Assembly: GCA_051294905.1 (NCBI GenBank)
Contig: CM119372.1
Coordinates: 11,286,001-11,346,000 of the forward strand
Origin: Botryllus schlosseri
Taxonomy: Eukaryota
DNA length: 60,000 bases
Direction of reading: 5' to 3'
The position numbers were made by a program, and so were the translations under genes. How positions within the stretch are numbered: position 1 is the first letter of the stretch; every line of letters starts with the position of its first letter. The notes beneath the pieces are model-generated. The model was not told the DNA's origin. It worked only from the letters and a program-made list of their open reading frames with translations, and did not search any database. Below are positions 11,201-23,500 of the stretch, piece after piece.

Positions 11201-11612
11201 GATTCCGAAAATATAATTTAAAATAATGATCAGGCACTGATCCACCTACAATCCCCCTCCAAGTCTGAAATATCGGCATTGTTCGAACAATCGGAGAGTC
11301 GCAACGGGTCATTATTATTGCCATTGTGTTGCGGTTACCCGATTGTTCTGAACAATGCCGATATTTCAGACTTGGAGGACAGATTCTAGGTGGATCAGTG
11401 CCTGATCAATATTTTAATTTATATTTTCGGAATCGGTGCAACAGTAGCTTTCGATCAAGACCAGATTCAATAATTTCTGCGCTCGGGAAGATAGCTTTTG
11501 GATTGCCAGAAACCCTACAGTCGCTTACGCAAAACAATTCTCCACTCCAGCCTCGGCGAAGCGGAACGAAGCTGCGAAATCGGTCGTTGCCGTTCCATGT
11601 TTAATTTCTATA
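8264..11612. mobile_element. Long-TIR (about 320 bp) foldback-type non-autonomous DNA transposon
   Basis: 8264-8585 is the inverted copy of about 10855-11098 plus 11537-11612; termini tatagaaattaaac / gtttaatttctata; flanking direct repeat (a)atataac at 8256-8263 and 11612-11619. Confidence 0.8.
11099..11536. mobile_element. Hairpin MITE-like element inside the right TIR of the foldback element
   Basis: About 195-bp near-perfect inverted arms tgttttgcgtaagcga...tcgcttacgcaaaaca; absent from the left TIR. Confidence 0.8.
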
Positions 11613-11774
11613 ATATAACCCACTTGACAAGCTTAAAACAAAAATTTTGTAGCTTAGCTGCTTGGGTCGAACAAATGATTAAGAAAAACTGCAAGTCCTA
11701 GTCCTTGAATACTTGACTAAGTGCATGTAGACCAGACATATGCTATTTGACTACTTCCTAAATTTCGTTTATGA

Positions 11775-12899
11775 TAGGGTTGCCATATTTTTGTGTAGCA
11801 AATTCCGGACACTCTTTAGCGCCTCCTAGCGGATTTTAAAATGAGGTGGGTGAAACACATTGGCCGTCAATATGACGTCACACTTTCAAATCATTGCCCA
11901 TCGACTGTATACACAATACAGGAATGAAGTGGAACATAGGTCATGAATTGGGCAATCTGTAATGTGAGCTCTGGTGATTACTACTTGCTAGGGTTAGCAA
12001 TAGATTCCTCTACGGGCCGGATGAAATCATCTGGCGGGCCGTGTCTGGCCTGTCAGGATTGTATTTGACAGCCCTGCTATACAGCTACGTCGGTGCGGCT
12101 ATCTGCTTATGTGTTTTAATCAGGTCCGAAACAACATTTTTTCTCCTCCCCCCCTCAAAGCACTGATCTTGGGCCCACCATAGGGTAGTCGATGTAACTT
12201 GTTGGACACTTACTATATGCATTTGGCTGTTATATTTTATGTATGAATTCTGTGAATAATATTGATTCTTCAATATATTAGGCTACTCTAAAATGCACCA
12301 GCAGGTTGCACATCCGGTGATTTCCAACCTCTTATGCTCGCGACCTCATTTCCCACTTGAAAATGTTCAGTGGCAAAGCTCAAAACTTGATAAGCTGATT
12401 ACTAAAAAAAATCAGCTTGCCCAAACTTACACACGGCATTTGAAGCTGATTACGTTCAACATCATCGCGATCTCCAGATAAAGGCGGGCGACCCCACAAG
12501 ATTTGGAGCCACTGTATGTGATTGAAGAATCCAATCGGCCTTAACCAACTCTAGGAATATACCGTTAGCTTATAATTGCGATTACAATCAGACTTATTTC
12601 AGTAAATGATGGTTATTTATATTTATTTTGATTGCATTTTTTGGCGAGGTTGGTGCCTGAAGCCCATACTAATATCCTTATACGTTGCAAACTCGCGCGG
12701 GGCGCGAAGAACAATTTTGAATAGCATAAACCTGCTTGAAAATAATATTGTTTATGTTGATTTACGAAAACCTTTTGAGCCTGCTTCAAGCCTTCAAAAT
12801 TCCGGACATTTAGGTATATTTTTGAAATTCCTCCCGGACGCGGATTTTTCAGTGAAATTCCGGACATGTCCGGGAAATTCCGGACGTATGGCAACCCTA
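11775..12899. mobile_element. hAT-like non-autonomous element
   Basis: TIR tagggttgccata / tatggcaacccta; perfect 8-bp TSD gtttatga. Confidence 0.88.
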
Positions 12900-13306
12900 G
12901 TTTATGACCACCAATGTCTATCAGTAGTGAGAGTGTGTGTGCTTGTAATCAGTGCAGTGTGTAATGATAAAATTAGTAAGATGCATCTCATACACAAGAT
13001 CAACACTCCGATTGTTTTATCTACATTTTAATTATTCAGTATGGGATGTATGTCGTGTTCGAATGATTCATACATATTAGGTTATTAGAGATGAGTCCAT
13101 GTTATGAAAACTGACAAAATATGAAAAATATGAAGGAAATTTAGAAAGGCAATCTTTCATGCATAGTGAATAATTCGAGCTGTGCCACAATGAAACAATT
13201 TTGCATGCCATCGTTAATCATATATTTGCATATGTTTAATGGTTATATGATAGTCATTTAACCGTCACTGCGGCATATAATTTTCGAAGTAAATTGGTAA
13301 TACTGC

Positions 13307-13464
13307 TGGAGTCGGAGTCGGAGTCGGAGTCGGAGTCGGAGAATCAGGAGACTCAGGAGTCGGAGTCGGTTCATTGAAAATGTGTGGAGTCGGTCCATTG
13401 AAAATGTGTGGAGTCGGAGTTGGAGTTGGAGTCGGTGCTAAAATTTACCGACTCCACAGCCCTG
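13307..13464. repeat. (GGAGTC)n-rich MITE remnant
   Basis: Tandem ggagtc units ending in ccgactccacagccctg. Confidence 0.65.
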
Positions 13465-13490
13465 GCTCCACTGCACTATGCTATCTCGCC

Positions 13491-14006
13491 TAGTGATGAG
13501 CATCGGAGCGGAGTTGGAGTGGATTCGGAGCGGAGTTTTGCCGATTTTGTGACAGTCGGAGCGGAGTCGGAGTTTACTACAGATATTTTTTCGGAAAATT
13601 TTGGAGTATTGTAACTTTTGTCTCCGATATCTTTGGACAGCTCTGACCAGAATACACTCTTCATTATGATTACAAACCAAAACACGGACAGTTGACACCT
13701 TGCAAAGTTGTAATATGACGGGTAACATGCAAAATTGATTGCCAAGTGCATAGAAATCAGCCATCTGCACTGCAATTGTGGACTGGAGAGTAGACAATAC
13801 TACGAGGCCAACCCTATTATCCCATTAATTTAGTAAAACACATTACCAAGTGTACCACGCTTGCCACTGTTTCGGATACTTGACGAGATTCATCGGAGTA
13901 TCTCAGAGTCTGGGATTGAGCTCTTCGGAGTCGAAGGGAGTTTTCCTCAGACACTAAAGTTGTCGGAGGGATTCGGAGTCTCGAAAAGCACTATCCGCTC
14001 ATCACT
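13491..14006. mobile_element. MITE
   Basis: TIR agtgatgagc / gctcatcact; tctcgcc repeated at both ends. Confidence 0.7.
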
Positions 14007-17000
14007 CTCGCCACATTAAACAGAAGAGCTTTGTGAATTACGGCGCTAGGGGGCAATCGAGCATATAATTTCACCAGTTGTTGGTTGTTTTCTGCAGTGC
14101 TTACAGCGCTCAGTCATCGACGACTGTGATGTCGGTCGGAGATGCGATGCTGTCGGAACAGAGGCGCCGTAACGATAATAATGGTGAATCTCAAAATGAA
14201 ATTTGAAATATTTTCAAATCGACATATTATGTTTGAGCGAGTCAACTGATTACCAGTTATGGACTTTGACACTATACAAAAGGAATTCGTGCATCCAGGA
14301 ATGTTCATTTATGTAGACTAAATGGAGGATAGGCCTACTTTTCAACTAACATCGCACTTGATTAGATTAGTGAGAGGGAACAGAGCGTGGAGCGTCTCAT
14401 AGTTTCGTACCGGTGTTTTCAGTCTTTGCAAGCCCAGCTAGCAGTGCACTTCATCTCAGCAACATAAAGTGTTAGGTGCATGTTATCGTATGTTATGGTG
14501 TGATACTGTTCATGTACCTTTACTGTAACTGTACCACGGTATGCTGTTGCAGTAGGCACGTACCGTATAAACCGAGAACGACCTACTCTGATTACAATCA
14601 CTAAAGTTTGTGAGTTCTCAAGGCAGTTGATTTCGTTCATTGTGATGAAATGAAAGAATGTATGCAAAATATGAATGATATGCTCCACTGATATGTTTGA
14701 GCTCGTAACAATAATTGGATCAACTTGTAAATATTGAACATCAGTGATATTTACACCGAAAATCGCATCAAGTCGAATGTCAGGCAACTAGGTAATATGG
14801 AATCGGTGTCCTGTGCTCACACTATGTTTTATTTTTTATTAAATTACTTTAACTTGGAAAATCATCGCTGCTCACCTGATATATCAGGCAAAACAGCCAG
14901 CGATTCTAGTCCGGCTAGGTATATGGTAAGCCTGGTGCTCGGTAGGCTAATGATGTTAGTGATTTATGAATATAATAGCAAATTCTTATTGCTAAGCGAG
15001 GGCTGTGGCCCAGTAAAGGCATAGTGTGTAATATGATGTTACTTGAAGTTGATGATGTTTTCCATTCTCTTGTGCTGACGTCTGCTGTGTTTGTTTGTTT
15101 CTTACTTTCTTGTATGCATTGGAACTGTTCATCACTTGTTATGCTCATATGCCAGTATACTTACAATAATTTGTCTCAACTCGCCGAGCGGAATTGGTGG
15201 CAATGTCACCTGCAACTTCTCGTTCAATTACTTGACTATGCCATGCGAGAAACCCTTTTGTCACGCTCAACATATTGCCGAAAACAATCACTGTTTCCAG
15301 TCAGGTCAACTCGAAGACCTTTCAACTATGAAATTCTGGTATATCACCATCCATGATAGATTTATGCTAAAGTTCATTGAGGTGTCAAGAATTTGCCCGA
15401 TGCCGGTTCTGACAGTAGCATCATGTAGTTTTCGAAAACAATTAGGTACGGTAATAGGTATTGGTGTTACAAAGCACCACTATTATCATCATTTTTCATA
15501 GAACTATAGCATGGGTGAAATTAATCAAGCATAGGTACAAGGAATTTCAGTGCCACAAGATTGAGCCTGTAACCATGCTACCCTGTATCTCACCTACGAC
15601 ATCACGTTTGTTTTATACAAATCAGATGAACTCACTTACAAATACACCTAAATCCATAATTTTCCGTACATGGTACCAAGAACGGATGAGAAACTATTTG
15701 GCCCCGATAACGTGTCAGATAGGCCCCTGTCAGCCTGGTCATTGTTGCCGCCGAGTACCCTACTTTAACATCCTTGAATTTTTTGTCTTGTATACTGTGC
15801 GTAACCCTCCAGGACCTGACATGTTTAATTGAAATGAAGAAATCCAGATAAATAGGCTATTATGTTTCGACTCTACTTGAAACATTTTGAAAGTTTAGCG
15901 AATAGAGAGATTGACATCGTTCTTCTTGAATTTTTTTTCAAAAAACATGCACCATGCTTGCATGACTGAGAATTTGAGATGGTACCATTTCTCCTATTGA
16001 TCTTTGATGATCAATAGTAGTTTACCTTGTACAGTACGGGTGTGCTCTAGGTTTTGCGTTGAATACTGAGTCGAACATACAGACAGACAGAAGTTTATTT
16101 CCAGGTGTAAGAAAGTAATGCTGTGAAATGGTGGCAAGCGATAAGACCAAGAACAAGAACAGGAATGTATTTTGATATAGAAGAAAAACATGTACTATAG
16201 GGAGACAACTCTTAGACGCTCGACGGCTACCGACCAAGTGACCGAGATCAACATAAATCTTATGAAATATTTAAAACACCCATCGATAAATATACCTTGC
16301 CGGAGCATTAATTCCTAAATACTGGAGTGAAGACTTCCATAGTCCTACAGACTGACTAGAAAGTATTTGCCGTATATATATACATATGATTTTTGAACTT
16401 CAGCACTGGTATTCCCTCATATATTCATTTTCAGATGTAGTTGTGTTGTGTCATACGAGTCCTATCGGAGTCTATACTATTCCAGGGGTTAGGGGATGTC
16501 ATCTATGATTATGAATAGCAGAAGATTACATTCCATTTTATTACAGAACTGTGAATGCTGTCAGGCGTTAATCAATCCTCACTATTCTGCTGTGATGTCC
16601 TAAAGACATGAATTTTTAATTCGAGATGGGCAGTCCGGACTAGAGGACGTAAACGATCCCTGGCAAAGTCCTTGTGCCAACGGAATCATGGGTTAGCGCA
16701 ATCTGCTGTATGTGACACCAGTGGTTGGCCTATGCTATGCAACCATTAGGAAATAATACTGTCCCAATTTGTAGGTTCGCTTCATGGTGTAAGCACAATC
16801 TTGCTACTCGGGGTGCTACTGAAAAAACGCCTGAGGCGTCTTAAGTCTCTCGTCCTATACAGGAACAACAAGGCAACCAAAAGTATATTTGCACTCTCGC
16901 GAATTCGATGTCGATGAAGCTAAATTTCGCGATACTATCTAACCGCGATTTGCAGACGCTTGCTGCGATAGCGTCGAACCGATGTCGGTTGATATCAGAG

Positions 17001-17594
17001 CGAACGCGCCAAGCAATACTCGCAATGTATGCTATGAAATATATATGAAGTATCCATCAGCGCAAAAACTTGATGTACTCCCGCTGCGTTGGTCACTACG
17101 AGCATTTGAACTTTGAGAAAGTTACGACTTGTTATCACTCTGCTATTCGTGCGAACAGTTGAAGGAAGCGCAGATACTGTTATTAATAACCAACGGCCAT
17201 TGCTTCGTGAACAGGTGCAGGCAGGCTGTTCTGTTTATTACTTAGCGATAACGGCGTTCGGAGTAGAGTATTCGTTGCAGTCTTAGAAGACAGAACTACG
17301 TTTTGCTTGTAGCGCTTGGTTTTTCGCAATATGCATCACACATCCTGGTGTCCTGTGACCAAGTAACTTACATTAGCTGGGCACGAGGAATTTACGTTTT
17401 GGTTATGTCACAGTTATATCTATACGCGTATATATATATTTTAGCAAGTAATTTATTATCGGAACAATATGCGAATATGCTGATGTGAGTTTGGAGGCGG
17501 ATCGTTAGACGTTTATACAAGTAAGTGCTGCAAACTAGGATGCTGATATTTGACGCTGTTCTTACGAAGATCTTATTCCAGCCAATGCAATAAT

Positions 17595-20500
17595 ATGAAT
17601 CAAGTGTTTTGTGCAGCAACGATATTTCTCGGCGTCGTTTGCGCCATGAAGGAGAAGAAACCTTTCGTATCCCCATCGAATTCCGGTATGTTATCCGTCT
17701 TCATTGATTTGAAGGGTGCAAGGTCGTGGACTTTGTTGTTTTCGCATTTAGCCGAACGCAGGCTTTGATACCCTGCAGTAAAATCGTGATATGCGTTTTA
17801 TTTTCACACTATCTTTATCGCACCCTTCGCTGCTTGCTGTCCGGGGTTCAGATTCTCGCGGTATACCCTTGTTGCAGTCTAACAATGACTGTGATTATAT
17901 GGACTTGTTACTTGTAAGTGAATCACAGTTATGCCATCAGTTGGAATGGCAGTGTTATGTTGCTTAGTTGTTCGACTTCCATTAATCTGTTGCGGCGATT
18001 GATTTCGTTAATGAAAGTTTGTTTTGTCCTGGATTTGTCGTCCGCGATAGCACAAAGGACGGTAGCAGATAAGTAATAACGAAGAACGTATAATTTTGCA
18101 ATTTGCGTATTCTTTTGTCGTTTTTCACCGCGACCGTTACCGACAATGCTTTTTTAATAATAACGAATCTTGGCGCATGGTTACACTTGCATCCGCTCAT
18201 CACATGAGGCTGAGTTGAATTTATTCACTGAAGTATACTACCAGTATTCCGGATAGGAAATCGATTTGCACGCTCATTTCTCATGAGGTAATTTCCGGTG
18301 TTTCTTTCATCCGAGGGCCTACGTCATAATAATGGGGAGCACTTGAAAGCACACGTCCTTGTGAATGAATAATGTTCGCGACGACGGTGGTACTCGGATT
18401 ATGACGTAACAGGGGATCAAACAAGCGTGGTTGGGTGATTCTTCCCTTATCTTGATTTCTTGGAAAGCGGTGACGCCTATCGTTATTGATGCTGAATTCT
18501 GATTTCTGAACGAATGGGATAACCTTAACCTCCTACATCTCATCAGCCTTTGAGTACACGCTGAGCGTATAAGGGTCTTGTGTGTGCGTGATTTGAATGT
18601 GGATTCAGAAAGGTTTCCTGATTGTCTAATCAATTTTGCCATTGATAAGTTATGTCCGTTTAACGAGAAGACGATCATTGTCGACTTTACCAAAAACGCA
18701 GATATCCGGTAAGGAGTGAGGACTAAATTTCACAGATGCTAAGAAAACGCTACCAAACCCATGTACTGGAGACTGAGCGAATATGTTTCACTGTATGACG
18801 GATGTTAATCGGTTACTCGTTTGACTACTCATACACCTCAAATAACAATTTCACTAAAATATGCTAAATGCAAAACATTACGATTTATTTGTGCTTCTTA
18901 TAATGAGCATAATCTCTATGTGCTTTCATCTTCTTGTCTTGAACAGGATTGTATAATCGTTTTTGATTGATAACTCGAATGTAAATAATTGTTCCCACCA
19001 CGACGTTGTGCGTGCATATTTAGAGCGAAAATTCAATACCGGTAGCTGCCTCTGCCTTCGAAATTTGCGATGTTGCTTGTCCTGGTTACATCATTCGACT
19101 CATAACCCCTCGTTGTGGTTGTTCTCTTTCAAGCAACCTTTTTATCCATTGTATTACAATATATTTTTAGTTATCTTTAATACCAACTGGCAACGCATCG
19201 GAGCATGCTACAAAACTTCAAATATTGTAACGTGAATATCAAATGTTGAAACTTTGAAAGGAATTGTTCAGTATGAAAAGTATGTTCCGGTTACATGTCA
19301 CGGAGCACTTGCATGGGGCATAATGCGTTCGGGGTACTGAAGCCAAATATGTCATCGTGGTTCCCGACGATCCCATGCAAGCGCTACTGAAGAGCTCATT
19401 AAATCCGACTGACGCGAGCCTTTTGTTTCCTGTGCGTTAACGCGGGCGCTAAGCACCCAGTCGGAAATTGCGGCGTCGGCGCACACGGCACCTAGGTTAC
19501 GCCGGCGCGACCATTTACGTCTCGTGCCGCGGTCAATCCCCGTGCTATTCGGGCGCACGGCGCCACGCGTAATTAACAATTAATAGCGCAAAGCGCAGAA
19601 CCCGTGAGTCGTTAGATTCACCGTGCGTGCCGGATGTGAGTCTTTATTGTCATAAAGCAGGCCATGATTTCACTTCGTTACATCAGTTCGGTGACGCTTT
19701 TTTGGTTGAGGATTAGCGAATCAGCCACCATTTGACTATTGCGTATGATTCAAGGAACAAATGTTGCGGAAAACAATATAATACTCTTGTGCGCTTTATT
19801 TTTCAAACACTGTTCAATTCATCATAAAAATACAACGTTACAATGTACCAGCTGCAGAGCGGTTGTAAATATGCCGATTCTCTGAGCGCAGTTCCAATTC
19901 TTCGGCTCAACGGCATTTCACGACAGCACAATAAAAGATGCCGTCAGTAGTTTGGGTTTCCTGGTGCTACGTCCGGACTCGATCGTTTGGTGATGCGTGA
20001 AGGATCCTTTCGTGTCGTATCCAGCTTCCTTGACACAACCCTGCCAATTACAGACGTAGAGCGTAACTTCACAAACTGTGGCTAATTGCAGGGACACGGA
20101 AAATAATCTTTGTTGGTCATTGTCCCGGCAATTGGATGCGTGCGAGCAATGTGCAATAGTGAATTTGTTCTCTGAAGCGGGGTCGCGGATCATGAGATTT
20201 CGAGAGCCCTGGCATTGAGAATCCCATCAAAGTGGCTAGTTCTCACTCAAAGTCAACTGAAAAGGTGGTGCAAATCATCCGATTGGTATTCCTGTAAGGA
20301 TAAACTCATGCCGGCGATCGAATTTCTCCCGTGCAGGCTCAGGAATATGTAACGCCGACATTGCCGAGCACTGTATCATTGCCTCCGTGGGTTTGGTAAC
20401 TTTATGCTGTTCGTCTCCCGTTGTTATTTAGAGAATTCGGTTCCAGTTGGCTGTAGTTTTGGGCTAAGCTAACCTACTGTTAATACGCGCTGGGAAAGAA

Positions 20501-23500
20501 TTTTCTATGCCGTCATCAAATGACATCATCGATACGCGGTCGCAAGTTGACCGTATTTCCCAAAAATTCAAGCACGCAGAGAAGTCACAATGATGCGTGA
20601 CAATGAGCGCCTTAGTTTGTTTGAGAATCGGGATACATGATACTTGCGGGAGCTTGCCGTAAAAATCGCTCCTCAAACATTCGTTAATCCTCATTTGCTA
20701 GTGCAAATCTGGCAACCCGGCGTTTATTGATTGTAACCGATGACGTGCAATATCTGCAATCGCTGTACTGCTACTATTATGGATCTCGTCTGTAGGTTAC
20801 CTCGTTCCTGCTGTACGTTCGACTTTTGACGGATATATTTGGCAGTATTTGGGCTACCATTATTATTATTATCCAGTAAGAAATACGTAGCGCATTAAAA
20901 TGAAACAGGAAATATATGTAGAGACGTGACGAAAATGGTTTGAATGGTGTTCTAAATATGTCGACCTAAACTGAGGCCGATCCCCACACGCCTACACATA
21001 ATCCCATACTGATGTTCGCTTGTGATAATGGATTAGTTAAAGCTGCTGGCCGTTCGTCGTAACTCGTCATTCCGAACTGTGAAACAAATCCAACCCCGCC
21101 GTCGGTATCGTGTCGAAAATTGGTAGCTTGATCAACCTTTCTGTTATTTCGCCGCTCGTGAATTTTGAAACGGTGCGGAGTTAATTGCGTAACTGAAGAA
21201 GCGGAGCTTTATTATTTTGTAGCGATGCTCACTCCGTGAATGGTGTATATGGTTGGTTATAGTATTTCTACTGTAGTAACGAGTAACGTTCGCCGACGGG
21301 CCTGCGCCTCGGGGCGATCACAAGACAGACTTCGAGTTGCTATCGTTTTCTCTTTTCTCCATTATTACTAGGCGATTTTCCTGTATTTGAAATCCTTTGT
21401 ACCACTTGTTATTGCATCACACACGCTCGTATTATTACCTCCGTTTGGAACAAAACACCATCCCTGTTCTCCTTGTGATGTCGATCTCATTTTGGCTGGC
21501 AGTGAGCAACCGCCAAGATAAAGCGATGACGACTTTTTGCTCTCTATAGCTGGAGATCTCGTAGCAGCACTCCTGAAATTCGACATTGATAACACGTTGT
21601 TGCTCGCTGATATGAGTTGCTGATAAGCTTGATAAGGACCGTGTCGCGGTTTTCTTGTTTTATTCTCCTACACGATAAGCGCTAATGCATCCGGCCGAAC
21701 AAGCCAAATCCCGTAGCACCCGCCATTGGTTGAATCGGCGACGTTAATCTATTGATTGGAACTCTGAGATAGTTGCGTCCCGTAACTTTTTGTAATGAGA
21801 TGGTGTTTTGTGACCGTTCGGGATGCTGACTAAAACGTTGTCATACGGTACTTTAATGTAATTATGCGCTCACAGGGCTATTAGCGAGATGGGGCAATCC
21901 ATTCTGTCGTTCGTTAAGTCCCGTTGTGTAACCGATAACTAGGTATCTCGAGATTATTGTGCCCTAACCGAAGTGGGTGCTTTCCGAGATATTGTACTTT
22001 GTTGTCACATATTTTGTTCGAGATATCAGTTCCCGTTTCAGATGCGAAGCGTAACATCGGGATAAAAATACACCCAGGTCCGAGTTCATACGCGTATTCA
22101 AATTCTGTCGTTTCAAATCGTCTGGCCGAAGCCCCGATCTGGATCTTACATTTAATGTAATCGTACTAGCGGAGAGAAATTCTGTTCTTTTAGGGTCTTC
22201 ATTCTTTTGAACGGCGTGTAGTAAAGCAAACACAATTGTGGTACCCGTCTGCGAAATATATATTGACGTCAGCATTTTTCTCTTTCCTGGTAAACGACTA
22301 AAGATTGAATACAAGCCTCCGCGACATGTGACGTTGAATTGCTTATCCAAATCATGTCATACTTTACGCTCTTGGCGGCTCGTGTCGGCCGATGCGTCAA
22401 GTGTCGCTGTTAACTACAAATCTACCGAACGCGCTGGCGACAATATTTGCACTAAGATGAATGGGCCTCCATACCGGTGACTCAGCTCTGGATAGACGCG
22501 GTTAGCAAATAATATTCACTACTCGATTCCTGAAAGTGCTCGAGTTTCATACTCATACGTTAGATATCACGGAAGTCCGAATAAGTGGGTTTATTCATCG
22601 CTAACCCGGATTTATCCGTATGATGCGAAGGGAGAAAGGCGTATTCCGAAAAAGTGATTACTACTCGATTATTCGAGGACTGCATTGCTCATTGCTACGA
22701 CGGTCGGGTCGAATCGAGAGGCGTAAACTTGAGTACATTGTAATAAAATCATCCACCGTGACTATATAGCTGTAGTAAAAACATCGCCGCTCGACTGATC
22801 GCGAAATCTCGCCAACTCCATGGCTGTAATGTCTGCTAACAGAGTCGTATAAAAGTACTGTGTTTATGAGGATCGATAGCCCAATTATGACGATTGACGC
22901 GTTCATAATGCCCGATCGGTGTGCGACGAATTAGTTTGTTTCACGCCTACCCTGCGATTCGCACGCGCGACAACACCATCTTTGTTCACGGAGAGCGGAT
23001 TGTTTACTCGCGATCGGCTTTGTTTCGAGGGAGTAACATCTGCAATATTAGCTGATGCCGACTAGTTTTCTCCTCAAAGCGGGTCGAATGATGTAACTCG
23101 TTGACCATTCGTTCACGGGTTAGCGGTTTGCGCACACAGAACCGAATTTGCGACGCCGCTCGCTTTCATCATCGAGCTCCTTATTTTGTTTCGCGTACTC
23201 GCAGGTCTATGGCATTACGTGATTTTTCGCCGGAGCACTTCAGCGCCGGACGAGAGCCGCTGGTTTTGTTTTTCCTTCGAACCGTTGTCATCACAGCGTA
23301 TCTCGAGCGCTTTCGGTATTCCTTCCCTGCAAAGCTAACGAGTGCACTTAAGCGCCGTGAATCATTGATGCCGCAGCTCAATACACCGATCCCGTCCATT
23401 ATTTTCCAAGATGGGTATTGAATCAGCTTGATAGATAAGCTACCCCGTTATTCGTCCTTTTAATGATAAAACGTCGCGGCGTGACGTATTTGTTTGTTAT

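Noticed and set aside
11064..11604. Paired similar ORFs on opposite strands
   Set aside because: By-product of the palindromic element; no protein features
13307..13570. GGAGTC arrays as CRISPR or telomeric repeats
   Set aside because: No repeat-spacer structure, eukaryotic context, and they lie inside TIR-bounded elements
14230..14400. IQKEFVHPGMFIYVD, faintly resembling a Merlin/ISXO2 transposase motif
   Set aside because: Short, bounded by stop codons, with no other catalytic motifs recognisable
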